Counted from the stretch's first letter, positions 31,119-42,046 are shown. The stretch is DNA of 64,000 nt from an uncultured delta proteobacterium (GCA_963804165.1 CAWDPO010000017.1:320001-384000); one strand, 5' to 3'. Notes: generated from the sequence alone by a model not told the origin. Translations and numbers: made by a program.

Positions 31119-31255
31119 GTTTGAGACAACGAGTTCGGCCGATTAAGGCCGAGATTCTTCGGCTCCGTCTCAGAATGAAATTCATGGGTTGTCATCCTGA
31201 ACGAAGTGAAGGATCTCGCTTTCGCGGAATTGTCCGAAATAGTAAGGAAACGGTG

Positions 31256-32291
31256 ATGCGGTCACTACTGTTGGCTCTGATATCGGTTTGTTTCGTCGCC
31301 TCATTTGTATCCGCGCAGACCAAGTCGGTCGCCGATCTCGCCAACTATCGCGGCGCGGACCGAGAAGAGGTGCTCAAGGCGGGGGCGAAAAGAGAAAGCA
31401 AGATGGTGTGGTACACGAGCCTCACGGCGCACCGCGACATCGCCAATGTCTTCGAGGCGAAATATTCGGGCATCAAAGTTGAAACCTATCGCGCCGGGCC
31501 CAACGATTTAACGCGTCGCCTAATCACCGAAGCTCAGTCCAAGCGTAACATCGCCGACTTGATCGAGACCACGCCGGCGACGCTGATGATGATGCGCGAG
31601 AACAAGCTGTTGTCGCCGTATTTTTCGCCTCATTTGGCGCAGTTCCCCGACGATGCGAAAGAGGAAGCCGACAGAGGGCGAGTGTTCTGGACGACAGACC
31701 GCGAATCGATCGTCGGCTTGGGTTACAACCGAAATTTGATCCGCGCCGCCGACGTGCCGAAAAATTTTACCGAGTTAGCCAAGCCGGAATACAAAGGCAA
31801 AGTCGCCGTCAGCGGCGACACCACGGGAGTGCGATTCATCGGTGCGATGATCAAAGCCAAAGGCGAAGAGTACATCAAGCAACTGCGCGCGCTGGACATC
31901 CAGATGCACATGATTTCCGGCGGCGCAATGCATGAGTTGATGGCGGCCGGCGAGATGCCGATGTCGATTTCAATATTCCGAAACCATGTGCTGGCAGGGA
32001 AGCCAAAAGGCGCGCCGACGGAATGGGTGCCGATGGATTTGAATCCCACCAACGCCGGCGGCGTTGCCTTGCCCGCGGGAACCAACAGTCCGCACGCGGC
32101 GCGTGTTGTTTATTGACTTTCTGCTTAGCCCCGAGGGACAGAAGATCTTCGAGGAAAAGTTCCGCTTCGCCACTTCCACCAAGAACTACGGCTTCAAGCG
32201 CTGGTATCCGGAGAAGGGCTTCACGCTCGAACAATACGAAAAAGCCGAGGACCACTGGAAGAAACTGCTGAGGGATCTGGTTCGGCGCTAG
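31256..32291 (+). CDS. extracellular solute-binding protein (Fe/thiamine/polyamine cluster), frameshift near 32105
   Basis: Signal peptide, VWYTS, GYNRNL, SPHAA + LFIDFLLSPEGQKI across frames. Confidence 0.85.
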
Positions 32292-32482
32292 GTCATTTTA
32301 TTTGACCGATGGATGTCATTCTGAGGCAACGCCGAAGAATCTGGGCTTAGAATCGCGACGAGATTCTTTGCTCTGCTCAGGATGACAACGAGAACAAACT
32401 TGTCGCGTCGCTAGTCGTTGACAGTTTTGCTTAGAACGGAGTAGGACGAGGAAGTAATTATTCGAAAATATTTTAAGGAGGA

Positions 32483-33307
32483 ATGGCAATGGCAAATTAT
32501 CAGACTTTATTGGTCGACAACAAAGACGGCGTGACGACGGTCACGTTGAATCGTCCGGAGAAGCGCAACGCGATGAGCCCGCAGCTGCACCGGGAGATGT
32601 ACGATTGCTTAACCGACCTGCGTTACGACAAGGATACGCGAGTGATCATCATCACCGGAGCGGGGGAGAGCTTTTGCGCCGGACAGGATTTGAAGCAGTA
32701 TTTTATCGAGATGGATTCGCAGCCGGAGCGCGTGCGCGACGAGGTGCGGGAGAAGTCGCGCCAGTGGCGCAACGAGATCCTGCGCAAAATGCCGCAGCCG
32801 GTGATCGCGAAAATTAATGGCTGGGTATTCGGCGGCGGCTTCACCGTCGTGACAGGCTGTGACATCGCGATCGCGGCCGACGACGTGCAATTCGGTCTCT
32901 CGGAAGTCAATTTCGGTCATTTCCCCGGTGGCGAAGTGACGATTGTGTTGACGGAACATTTACAGCCCAAGCACGGACTTTACTATGCACTCACCGGCAA
33001 GACCATGAACGCAAAAGAGGCTGAGCGCATCGGCCTGATTACCAAAGCGGTGCCGCGGGCGGATTTGGACAAAGAGGTGATGGATATTGCGAACAACTTG
33101 AAGGAAAAAGCACCCTCGGCGCTCAACGCCGTCAAAGAAGCTTGGTATTACACCTTCTACTCCAATCCGGACGTCGCCTACGAGATCTCGGGTTTGATTT
33201 CCGATAAAGCGAAAGCAGCGATCGGCGGGCGGCCGGGCCTGCAACAGTTCGCGCGCAAAGAGTATCGGCCGGGGCTGGGGTCGTATAAATTCGAAGAGAA
33301 AAAATAG
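32483..33307 (+). CDS. crotonase, p-hydroxycinnamoyl/feruloyl-CoA hydratase-lyase (HCHL/Ech)-like
   Basis: LNRPEKRNAMSP, GQDLKQYF, NGWVFGGGF, FGLSEVNFG and C-terminal GLQQF..RPGLGSYK match the HCHL pattern. Confidence 0.8.
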   Translation: MAMANYQTLLVDNKDGVTTVTLNRPEKRNAMSPQLHREMYDCLTDLRYDKDTRVIIITGAGESFCAGQDLKQYFIEMDSQPERVRDEVREKSRQWRNEILRKMPQPVIAKINGWVFGGGFTVVTGCDIAIAADDVQFGLSEVNFGHFPGGEVTIVLTEHLQPKHGLYYALTGKTMNAKEAERIGLITKAVPRADLDKEVMDIANNLKEKAPSALNAVKEAWYYTFYSNPDVAYEISGLISDKAKAAIGGRPGLQQFARKEYRPGLGSYKFEEKK

Positions 33308-33310
33308 CTC

Positions 33311-33416
33311 GTTCAAAGGTTCAATCGTTCAAGGTTCAACGTTCCAGGAAGCTGAAGTCGAGCTCGGTTCCGTTCCGGCAAATCGTTGAACTTTGAACCG
33401 AGTGAAACGGTTGAAC
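33311..33416. repeat. free intergenic GTTCAA/TTGAAC palindromic element
   Basis: gttcaaaggttcaatcgttcaaggttcaac ... ttgaactttgaac..ttgaac. Confidence 0.8.
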
Positions 33417-33444
33417 GTTCGTAGTTAAGCTTCGGAGGACAGGA

Positions 33445-34599
33445 ATGGATTTCAATTTGCCTGAAGAACTGCAGATGCTCAAAGACACGGTGCGCAAATT
33501 CGTCGACAAGGAACTGATTCCGATCGAGATGCACACGCTCGAGAACATGGAGCTGAAGCCGGACATTCGCGAGCGGTTGGAAAAGAAAACCAAAGACATG
33601 GGACTTTGGATGTTCGACGTTCCTGAAGAGTACGGCGGCGGCGGGCTCGGCAGCTTGGCGCAGGTGCTGGTATGGGAAGAGCTGGCGCGCACGGTTGCGC
33701 TGCCGTCGCGCGGCCAGGGCATCTTCGGGCCTGAAATCCGGCCGATCCTTTACGCGTTGAACGACGAACAGAAAAAACGTTTTTTGGATCCGATTAGAAG
33801 CGGCGAGAAAAAGCTCTGCTTCATGCAAACCGAGCCGGACGCGGGCTCCGATCCGGCATCGATGAAAACCCGCGCGGTGCGTCAGGGCGATTATTACATA
33901 GTCAATGGCACCAAGCGTTTCATCACCGGCGCCGGTGAAGCCGACTTCGGCCAGCTGATGGCCGTCACCGATCCGGCGAAGGGCGCGCACGGCGGCATTT
34001 CCTGTTTCATGGTCGATATGAAGACGCCGGGGCTGACGCTTGTCACCCGATACAAAACGATGATGGGCGAGGAGCCATGGCATATCACGTTCGACGACAT
34101 GAAGGTGCCGGCGGAAAATATTGTCGGTAAAGAAGGCGAAGGCTTCAAGCTGGCGCAAAAATGGCTCGGCATCGGCCGGCTGAAACACGGCGCGCGCGCT
34201 CTAGGAGTCGCCGAGCGCTGCATCGAGATGGGCGCGCGCTATTCCAAAGAACGAATCACTTTCGGGAAGCCGCTGTCGGAACGGCAGGGAATTACATTCA
34301 AACTAGCTGATTCCTACGTCGAGCTGCACGCCGCTCGACTAATGGTTTATCAGGCCGCGTGGAAGAACGATCAGAAACAAGATATCCGCAACGAAGCTTA
34401 CATGGCGAAGCTATTCGCCGACGAGATGTCATTCCGGGTCGTCGACCGCGTGCTGCAAATCCACGGCGGCATCGGCCTGACCCTCGATCTGCCGCTGGCG
34501 AAGTGGTTTGTCGATCAGCGCAGCCGGATGATCACCGAAGGCGCATCCGAAGTCATGCGCATGGTGATCGCAAGGGAAGTCTTAAAAAAGTACAACTAG
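33445..34599 (+). CDS. acyl-CoA dehydrogenase
   Basis: FMQTEPDAGSD, VNGTKRFIT, LQIHGGIG, ITEGASEVMR. Confidence 0.93.
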   Translation: MDFNLPEELQMLKDTVRKFVDKELIPIEMHTLENMELKPDIRERLEKKTKDMGLWMFDVPEEYGGGGLGSLAQVLVWEELARTVALPSRGQGIFGPEIRPILYALNDEQKKRFLDPIRSGEKKLCFMQTEPDAGSDPASMKTRAVRQGDYYIVNGTKRFITGAGEADFGQLMAVTDPAKGAHGGISCFMVDMKTPGLTLVTRYKTMMGEEPWHITFDDMKVPAENIVGKEGEGFKLAQKWLGIGRLKHGARALGVAERCIEMGARYSKERITFGKPLSERQGITFKLADSYVELHAARLMVYQAAWKNDQKQDIRNEAYMAKLFADEMSFRVVDRVLQIHGGIGLTLDLPLAKWFVDQRSRMITEGASEVMRMVIAREVLKKYN

Positions 34600-34695
34600 G
34601 GAATCGAAAACAGTTCCAATCGTTCCAGATGTTCCAAAAGTTCCACCGGATTAAATCAGCTGGAACCGTTGGAACGATTGGAACTCCTGGAACGA

Positions 34696-35094
34696 CTATC
34701 GATTTTCCTTCGCAAACGACAGCTCCCAGCGATTGCCGTCGGGGTCGAAGACGTTGATCGAATAGTTTTCGCTGTCGCGGTGCGGCCGGACCTTTTCGAT
34801 GTTGGCGCCGATGTCTTGCAGGGCTGAAAGCGCCTTGTCTTTTTCCTGCCACGGAATATTCAACGTGTGATGCGGGTCGGCTTCGCGCGGCTTGATCGAC
34901 GCGTCGAACAGATGGACTTCAAAGTTGCCGAGGCGCACGTCGACTTCTTTGACCTGGCCGTTCTTTTTTTGATCTTCGGTCGGCTCGACTTTTTTCACGA
35001 TCTGACCGCCTAGCGTCTTGGTATAAAACTCCACCGATTTGTCGAGATCCTTCGCGCTCATGGCGAAAGTTCTGAGTCCTTTGATTTCAAACAT
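34696..35094 (-). CDS. VOC/glyoxalase family protein
   Basis: DLDKSVEFYTKTLG and FDPDGNRWEL; GGAGG RBS. Confidence 0.9.
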   Translation of the reverse strand: MFEIKGLRTFAMSAKDLDKSVEFYTKTLGGQIVKKVEPTEDQKKNGQVKEVDVRLGNFEVHLFDASIKPREADPHHTLNIPWQEKDKALSALQDIGANIEKVRPHRDSENYSINVFDPDGNRWELSFAKENR

Positions 35095-35176
35095 GGAAAC
35101 CTCCCTTTTATCCGGTGATAAATTCGATTGCTAAAGTTACGGCGGGGCCGTTTGAGTTGTCAAGACTCATGAGAGC

Positions 35177-36202
35177 TCACTGGTCCATTAGAACCTTGAC
35201 TCGCTCGATGATTTCCGGTGGCTGCGACATCACCTGTTTTGCCAGGGCTTCAAGCTCTTCACCGGTGGACGGCGTGATGTCGAAATTTTTTCGTTTGGCT
35301 TCCGCCAAGAGCTCGGGATCCTTCATGGTCTTTAGAAATGCTTCGCGCAAGATTCTCATGCGATCCGCAGGTATTGCCGGTGGCGCGACAATCGGACGGC
35401 CGAAATCAGTCGCGGCGAGCACCATCGGCACCAAGCGCCGCTCTGATTCAGGGGTTTTATGCTCGTCCATCAGCTCGCGAAGAGTCGGCACATCGGCCAA
35501 TCGCGGATCGCGCGTCTGGCCCGTCTGCATCAAAATGCGCGCAAAACCCTTTTTGCGCCAGGTGTGGTACGGCTCGCGGGAATGATAGGCTTGAATGGTG
35601 AATGCGCGACAGTGCAGCTCGCCCCGCTCAACGGCCAGATCGATTTCGCCTCCTCCCTGGTAGCCGGCGACGATAGTAAATTTCGTTCCCAACGTCTCTT
35701 CGAGCAGCTTGGGCATGTAACTGCCTGAAGTTCCGGCACCCGTCGAGCCGCATTTTGGCGGTTCCTTGGCTTTTCGAACGTCGGCCAAGCTCTTATACGG
35801 CAGATCGGCGCGCATGTAGAGAAGGTAATCCGATTTGTCCGAACTGCCGATCCAGGTGAACTTCGCCCAATCGTACCTGACTTCTTTTTGTTTTAAGAGT
35901 TGGTTGAAATAGATCGACGGCTGAATCGCGCCAATCGTCAGCCCATCGGGCTTAGAAACGTTGTAGATATAATTCGCACCGATGATCGATCCCGCGCCGG
36001 TCATGTTTTGCACGATGAAACTCGGATTACCCGGAATATGCTTGCCCATAAACTGGGCCATGAGCCGCGCGTAAAGATCATAGGCGCTGCCGGCGCTCGC
36101 CGCCGCGATGACGGTAATGGTTTTACCCTGATAAAAAGGAGTCTGCGCCCAGGCGGTGGGAGTCAGCAAAAGCAGCGGCAGGAGCCAAAAAAATCTCTTC
36201 AA
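35177..36202 (-). CDS. tctC: TctC/Bug-family substrate-binding protein
   Basis: Probable TTG start after GGAGG; signal peptide; TctC motifs. Confidence 0.9.
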   Translation of the reverse strand: MKRFFWLLPLLLLTPTAWAQTPFYQGKTITVIAAASAGSAYDLYARLMAQFMGKHIPGNPSFIVQNMTGAGSIIGANYIYNVSKPDGLTIGAIQPSIYFNQLLKQKEVRYDWAKFTWIGSSDKSDYLLYMRADLPYKSLADVRKAKEPPKCGSTGAGTSGSYMPKLLEETLGTKFTIVAGYQGGGEIDLAVERGELHCRAFTIQAYHSREPYHTWRKKGFARILMQTGQTRDPRLADVPTLRELMDEHKTPESERRLVPMVLAATDFGRPIVAPPAIPADRMRILREAFLKTMKDPELLAEAKRKNFDITPSTGEELEALAKQVMSQPPEIIERVKVLMDQ

Positions 36203-36350
36203 CGAGAAACCTCCGGAACGACTTGCCAAATCAAAGCTCAATATCGCTTAACACTCCGCTAAATACCGTGTCAATTGCCGACGATGGTCGCATTTCTCGA
36301 GGAATGACCGTGAGCGAAATTCGATTACGTCATGTTTCCCTCTCACAACA

Positions 36351-36380
36351 TTGACAGCACCGGCAAACGGGCGTTATAGG
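36351..36380 (+). promoter_or_regulatory. possible sigma70-type promoter of the TPP enzyme gene
   Basis: TTGACA-N18-TATAGG in a divergent intergenic region; weak -10 box. Confidence 0.3.
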
Positions 36381-36430
36381 ACAGATGGAATTCACGTCGC
36401 TAAATTACTCTTAGAACTGGGGGAAAGATT

Positions 36431-38089
36431 ATGATCGCCGGTCACGCAGTGGCTCAATGTCTTCGCAACGAGGGGGTACGGCATGTGTTCTGCGTGCCGG
36501 GTGAAAGCTATGTCGCGGTTTTGGACGGACTCTACAGCACGCCGGAAATTCGACTGATTACCAATCGCCAGGAAGGCGGCGCTTGTTTCATGGCAGAAGG
36601 CTATGCGAAGGCGACGCGCATGCCGGGGGTCTGTCTCGTTACCCGCGGTCCCGGCGCGACCAACGCGAGTATCGCGGTCCATAGCGCAAAGTACGATTCG
36701 GTGCCGCTGGTATTGCTTGTCGGACAAGTCGGTCGGGCGGCGCGCGGCCGGGAAGCGGGACAGGAAATCGATTACACGCACTTCTTCGGCACCATCGCCA
36801 AATGGGTCATTGAGATTAACGACGCGCGCCAAGTGCCGCGCATCATGGCGCGGGCGTTTCATATCGCACGCAGCGGCCGTCCTGGGCCGGTCGTGGTGTC
36901 GTTGCCGCGCGACATGCTCGAAGAAGACGCGAAAATTTCCATGATCGATCCGTATCCAATGGTACGATCCGATCCCGATCCTAAATCGATCGAGCAGATC
37001 GTCGATCGGATTAACGCGGCGAAAAAGCCGGTGTTGATCGCCGGCTCGGGAACGCAATATTCCAACGCGCGGCAGGAGTTGATCGATTTCTCCGAAAAGT
37101 TTCAGGTTCCTGTGCTCACCTCCTATAAACGCCAGGATGCTTTCCCCAACAGTCATCCGAACTACATTGGCAACCTGGCGAACGCCAACAAACACACGCG
37201 AAATTTGGTTTCCGATGAAGCCGATTTGGTGGTGGTGATCGGCAGCCGGCTCAATCAGCAGACCACCGCTAGTTTTGCTTTTCCCAAACCTGGACAACCG
37301 TTCGTTCAAATTTATCCCGACGAAGAAGCAATCGGCCAGAACTTGCGTCCCGACGTCGGTATCGTCGCCGATGCAAAAACGGCGTTGGCCGCGGCGCTCA
37401 AATTTCAAGGGCCAAGACCGAACGAGAGCCGGGCGGGTTGGGTCGCGGAACATCATGCCGCGCAAAAACGTTACGCGACTCCATCCGAGCGTCCGACGCA
37501 GCGCGTGTCGATGGAGCGGGTGATGGCGGATCTCAAGGCGGCGTTGCCGTCGGACGCGATCACGGCGACGGACGCGGGCAGCTTCGGTCAGTGGCATCAG
37601 CGCTATTTAGAATTCGATTACGCAGACTCCTATATCTCACCGAGTCTAGGATGCATGGGTCCGGGCGTTCCGTCAGCCGTGGCCGCGAAGCTTGCGCATC
37701 CGGGCCGCCTGGTTGTGGCGCACGCCGGCGACGGCGGATTTCTCATGACGGGCCAAGAAATGGCGACGGCAAAACAGTTTGGCGCCGACATCATCACGAT
37801 CGTCTACAACAACGAAGGATACAACTCGATCCGCATGCACCAGGTAGCGCAATATCCCGGACGTCCCTCCGGCAATGACCTGATGAATCCCGATTTCGCC
37901 GGTCTCGGTACCGCCTACGGTGCGTTGGGCTTGAAGGTAAATCGCGACGACGAATTCATGCCGGCTCTCAAGCAGGCGATGAGCGCGAACAGATCGGCAC
38001 TGATCGAGGTGTCGACCGACCTTGAATATGTCACGCCGACCGCGACGCTAACGGAACTCTCCGGGAGGCCGCTGCAGGGCGGGGATTAA
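36431..38089 (+). CDS. thiamine pyrophosphate-binding enzyme (acetolactate synthase-like)
   Basis: VFCVPGESY, RQEGGA, TRGPGATN and GDGGFLM...NN TPP motif. Confidence 0.92.
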   Translation: MIAGHAVAQCLRNEGVRHVFCVPGESYVAVLDGLYSTPEIRLITNRQEGGACFMAEGYAKATRMPGVCLVTRGPGATNASIAVHSAKYDSVPLVLLVGQVGRAARGREAGQEIDYTHFFGTIAKWVIEINDARQVPRIMARAFHIARSGRPGPVVVSLPRDMLEEDAKISMIDPYPMVRSDPDPKSIEQIVDRINAAKKPVLIAGSGTQYSNARQELIDFSEKFQVPVLTSYKRQDAFPNSHPNYIGNLANANKHTRNLVSDEADLVVVIGSRLNQQTTASFAFPKPGQPFVQIYPDEEAIGQNLRPDVGIVADAKTALAAALKFQGPRPNESRAGWVAEHHAAQKRYATPSERPTQRVSMERVMADLKAALPSDAITATDAGSFGQWHQRYLEFDYADSYISPSLGCMGPGVPSAVAAKLAHPGRLVVAHAGDGGFLMTGQEMATAKQFGADIITIVYNNEGYNSIRMHQVAQYPGRPSGNDLMNPDFAGLGTAYGALGLKVNRDDEFMPALKQAMSANRSALIEVSTDLEYVTPTATLTELSGRPLQGGD

Positions 38090-38110
38090 TATGGCGTCAT
38101 TCCGTCCAAA

Positions 38111-38182
38111 AAATCTCCCTTGCCCCTCTTTAGTAAAGAGGGGTGAGAATTGCACGGAGGAAAAGGGGGACAAGGGGGATTT
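38111..38182. repeat. CCCCT/AGGGG REP-like hairpin pair between convergent genes
   Basis: aaatctcccttgcccctctttagtaaagagggg ... aagggggattt; related copy at 42692-42782. Confidence 0.7.
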
Positions 38183-38261
38183 GAGTTCGACTTCAGCTGT
38201 TGCCATCGGTTGGACTTTTTAGACGAACTTCGGATCCAGAAGTGAAGGTCGGCGATCGCCG

Positions 38262-39374
38262 CTATATCGAATAGAAATCCTTGGGATTTCGCACCAGTAT
38301 TTTATCTACTAAAGCAGCTGAAAGATCCTCGCGCGCTTTCATCGTCTCGACCAGCGCCTTTTCTTCCGCGGGATCATTGTGACCGTAGTCGGAGCCGATC
38401 ATCAGGTGATCCTCGCCAATGTATTCCGCCAGGTACGGGATGTCTTCGTCCGCTTCACAGGCGACGTAGATCCGATAGTTGCGGAACAGATCTTTGCACG
38501 ACGCATGTTTCCAGCGCGCATCAGGAAAGGACGGGCGCGGGCGCGCCGAGCGCTTCAAGTGATGGTATAAGAACGGCACCCAACTTGCCGAAACTTCGAG
38601 AAAACCGAATTTCAAGCTAGGAAATCTTTCCGGAATCGCACTGGCCACGAGATCGCGAAAACCGATAATCGGCAGCAGGTGCGAGGCTGCGAAAGTTCCA
38701 TTCAATTCAAGATCGAAGAAGTCCAGTAAATGGCGGCAGCTTTGTCCGGTGTGAACACAGATCGGCAGGCCGAGCTTTTCGGCTTCCGCGTAGATCGGAT
38801 AAAAGTGAGGATTGTTCAGGGTGAGCGACCCCACGATGCCGCTGAAAAATATTCCCACGGCGCCGTTCAGTTTGGCCTCGTGCATCTCTTTGATAGATTC
38901 GTCCACGCTGTGCAGCGGCAGCACGGCGACCCAACGAAGGCGCCCGCGCGATTTGCCGAACACCTGCGCCAGGTACCGGTTGTAGGCGCCGCACAGTGCG
39001 ATCTCCAAGCCGACGTCGTCGGTGATGTGAATTAGAAATAACGTCGGGTAAATCACCTGCACGGCGACTCCAGCCTTGTCCATGTCGGCCAAGCGCGCTT
39101 CGACATCGGTAATTTCACGGCAGCCCAGGCTGATATCGGTCCTGCCGGCTTCGCGTTTCGACGCGGTCGGCGTGATGATGCGAAAGCCGCCTTTGCCGCT
39201 GGCTTTTGGAAAAATATTTCCGTCGATGAGCCACAGAACATTAAAATCCCGATACAGCGTGTCGTCCGGAGCGGCGAGCATGACAGGCCGGCGGTGATAC
39301 GAGTTTTTGTCAAATAGCTTCCACATGCTCTCCGACTCTGCGATGTGCGTGTCGGCATCGATGATTCCGGTCAT
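38262..39374 (-). CDS. amidohydrolase_2 family (LigW/ACMSD-like) metal-dependent protein
   Basis: IIDADTH, RLADMD, QVIYPT, PICVH, GSDYGH. Confidence 0.9.
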   Translation of the reverse strand: MTGIIDADTHIAESESMWKLFDKNSYHRRPVMLAAPDDTLYRDFNVLWLIDGNIFPKASGKGGFRIITPTASKREAGRTDISLGCREITDVEARLADMDKAGVAVQVIYPTLFLIHITDDVGLEIALCGAYNRYLAQVFGKSRGRLRWVAVLPLHSVDESIKEMHEAKLNGAVGIFFSGIVGSLTLNNPHFYPIYAEAEKLGLPICVHTGQSCRHLLDFFDLELNGTFAASHLLPIIGFRDLVASAIPERFPSLKFGFLEVSASWVPFLYHHLKRSARPRPSFPDARWKHASCKDLFRNYRIYVACEADEDIPYLAEYIGEDHLMIGSDYGHNDPAEEKALVETMKAREDLSAALVDKILVRNPKDFYSI

Positions 39375-39563
39375 AAAGATCTCCTCGAATACGGTCTTAC
39401 GAAATCTATCGAGGACCGATCGCCCGCGTCAAGCGGCTTGGCCGCATTGAATCTAGAAAAACGTTCACCGCACGGAGTTCGAGCCGAGAAAATATCGTAC
39501 GGATTGACAGCCAAATCTCGGCCGTGATTAAAGAGGCCCAGGGCCAAGGAAGGGAGGCTTGTC

Positions 39564-40682
39564 GTGATCAACGGATATCGAGTTTACGATGCCGACGCCC
39601 ACGTCAATGTGGCGCCACAGATGTGGGAAGATCTGCCGAAGGAATTCGCCGCGCGACGGCCGCGGCCGGCGTTGATCCACGACGGCGCCGAGCTTGGCGC
39701 GTTTACCGCGGGCTGGTTGACCGATGGGCGCATGGAGCCGCATGGGTTGGGGCCGGGCTTGCAGCCGGCGACGCCGCCGCGTTGGGTGGTCGAAGGGCCG
39801 GACCGGGGTTCTTTGACGCTCGTCGATCCGGACGCGCGCATCCGCGATCTCGAGCGTCTGGGGATCGACGTGCAGTTCTTGTTCCCGTCGACGTTATACG
39901 CGCGTTGGACGAGCGATCCGCGTTTCGAAGCGGCACTTTTTCGCGCCTACAATCGTTTCATCGCGCGCCAAACACGCGCCCACTCGAAACGTTTGAAATG
40001 GGCGGGCTTGATCCCGCTGCGCGAAGCGCGCGAGTCGATCGTCGCTTTGGAAGAAATGCTCAAGTTAGGAGCCTCGGCGGCCGTGGTGTTCGGCACGGCG
40101 GGTGACAAGATGCTATGCGACAGCGGTTTTCAGAATTTCTGGGAAGAGTTCGCGCGCTGCAGGCTGCCGCTCTGCGTGCACATGGCGGCGAGCTTCCCGC
40201 CGTTCGATAGCTGTGTGGAAAGTTTTCTCGATGCCCACGCGCTCAGCATGGCGTTGCCGGCGCAGATGGCCTTCGTCGCGCTGCTCGGTAGCGGTATGAT
40301 GGATCGCTATCCTGACTTGCGCATTGCCTTCATGGAGTTCGGCGCGGAGTGGATTTTCTACATGGTCGGCCGGCTGGATCATTATTTAGCGCGGGATCGC
40401 GAGATCCAACCGAGCGTGCTGAATGCGCGCATGCCTGAAAAAACTATGAGGGAATATCTTCGCTCCGGGCGCGTTTTCATCTGTGGCGAGATGGAAGACC
40501 CGCTGATGAAAGAAGAATTGGCGCTCATGGGCGAGGACCAGTTGCTTTACTCGTCCGATTACCCGCACGGCGAGGGGCGGGAAAACGCGGCTCAAGAGCT
40601 TTTACAGCGAAGCGATATCAGTGAAACGCAAAAACAGAAGATCCTTTATCAGAATCCGATAAGGCTGTTTGGGGATATTTAA
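39564..40682 (+). CDS. amidohydrolase_2 family protein
   Basis: YDADAH, QFLFPS, PLCVH, SSDYPH. Confidence 0.9.
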   Translation: MINGYRVYDADAHVNVAPQMWEDLPKEFAARRPRPALIHDGAELGAFTAGWLTDGRMEPHGLGPGLQPATPPRWVVEGPDRGSLTLVDPDARIRDLERLGIDVQFLFPSTLYARWTSDPRFEAALFRAYNRFIARQTRAHSKRLKWAGLIPLREARESIVALEEMLKLGASAAVVFGTAGDKMLCDSGFQNFWEEFARCRLPLCVHMAASFPPFDSCVESFLDAHALSMALPAQMAFVALLGSGMMDRYPDLRIAFMEFGAEWIFYMVGRLDHYLARDREIQPSVLNARMPEKTMREYLRSGRVFICGEMEDPLMKEELALMGEDQLLYSSDYPHGEGRENAAQELLQRSDISETQKQKILYQNPIRLFGDI

Positions 40683-40827
40683 CGCGTTCAAGCCGTTCAA
40701 ATCGTTCAACGCGTTCAAATCGTAAGGCGAATGTCGGTCGGTGGTCGGCGCGGGCGGAGGCTCTTTCAAACGTCGGGAAACCGTACTAAATAATAGAAAG
40801 CCAAATTATTTCAAGGAGACTTTGACC

Positions 40828-41916
40828 GTGGGAATTATCGATGCCGATACTCATATCGATGAAACCGATGACACCTGGGAGTACATGCAAGAAGCGGATG
40901 TGCAGTTCAAACCGGCGACCGCTTATCCGTCGAATCCGGATCCGAAGCTGCCGCCGGCGCGCTACTGGTTGATCGACGGCAAGCGCCAGATTCGCTTCAT
41001 TCGCAGCGACAAAGACTCGGGCACCACCGTGGCGACGCGCGAGCTGCTCGACGTCAAGGCGCGGCTCAAGCACATGGATGAGCTGGGCACGGATACCCAA
41101 GTGATTTATCCGACGCTTTTCTTGATGGAGGCGACGGAAAAGCCGGAGCTCAATTCGGCGATGCGCCGCAGCTATAACCGTTGGTTAGGCGACCGCTGCA
41201 GTCAATCGGGCGGACGACTGCGCTGGGTTTGCATGCCGCCGCTGCAGAAAATGGACGAAGCCTTGGCGGAAGTACGCTGGTCAAAAGAGCACGGCGCCTG
41301 CGGCATCTTGAAAAAAGGCGACCGCGAAGCGGGTAAGTATCCCGCTGATCCGTACTTCGAGCCCCTGTACGCGGAAGCGGAGAAGCTCGATCTGCCGATC
41401 TGCATTCACACCGGCTCGGGCGTGCCGGATTTCTCGCCGGCGCGGGAATTCTCCCACGGCCAGTTCATGCGCACGAAGGCGGCGGCGATGAACGGCATCA
41501 TCGGCCTGATTCTGCATAAGATCCCGACGAAATTTCCGAAGCTCCGCATCGGTTGCATCGAAGCCGGTTCCATGTGGGCGCCGTTTGTCGCCTACGATCT
41601 GCGCCGGCAACAGCTTCGTCAGCAGGGGCGCGAGAGCACGAGCGTGCTCGGTGTCCCGTTGCTGAACCTGGCGCAAAATGTATTTCAGGAAAATCGCGTC
41701 TATATCACCTGCCAGGTCGACGAGGATCTTCCATATATTATTAAATCCGTCGGCGAAGACAATTTGATGGTCGGCTCCGATTACACCCATCGCGATCCGT
41801 CGATGGAGCTTGAATTTCGCAAGGAGCTGCAAGCGCGCGCGGACAAGGGCGATATCCCGCAATCGGCCGTGCAAAAAATTCTCTACGACAACCCGAAGGC
41901 GTTTTACGGATTATAG
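40828..41916 (+). CDS. amidohydrolase_2 family protein
   Basis: GTG start after AAGGAG; IIDADTH, QVIYPT, PICIHTG, GSDYTH. Confidence 0.9.
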   Translation: MGIIDADTHIDETDDTWEYMQEADVQFKPATAYPSNPDPKLPPARYWLIDGKRQIRFIRSDKDSGTTVATRELLDVKARLKHMDELGTDTQVIYPTLFLMEATEKPELNSAMRRSYNRWLGDRCSQSGGRLRWVCMPPLQKMDEALAEVRWSKEHGACGILKKGDREAGKYPADPYFEPLYAEAEKLDLPICIHTGSGVPDFSPAREFSHGQFMRTKAAAMNGIIGLILHKIPTKFPKLRIGCIEAGSMWAPFVAYDLRRQQLRQQGRESTSVLGVPLLNLAQNVFQENRVYITCQVDEDLPYIIKSVGEDNLMVGSDYTHRDPSMELEFRKELQARADKGDIPQSAVQKILYDNPKAFYGL

Positions 41917-41964
41917 AACATGTTGTTCGGTCGTAGTTCAATTTGGATTTTTCAATCTATCAGC

Positions 41965-42026
41965 GTAGGGGCAGGCTCCTGTGCCTGCCCTGGGTCGAAC
42001 GGGCAACCACAGGGGGTTGCCCCTAC
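41965..42026. repeat. GTAG-type REP doublet
   Basis: gtaggggcaggc..gcctgccc and gggcaacc..ggttgcccctac in inverted orientation. Confidence 0.75.
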
Positions 42027-42046
42027 GAATTTCAGGAGGTCATGAG

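Noticed and set aside
30659-31255. N-terminal 199-aa extension of the track ORF 30659..32116
   Set aside because: It overlaps the CoA-transferase in another frame and crosses a REP. The real start is ATG 31256, which has an RBS and signal peptide.
1537-37597. Long antisense/shadow ORFs (e.g. 1537..2523, 8217..9176, 9202..10284, 36392..37597)
   Set aside because: They lie opposite well-supported genes in GC-rich DNA and show no recognisable motifs.
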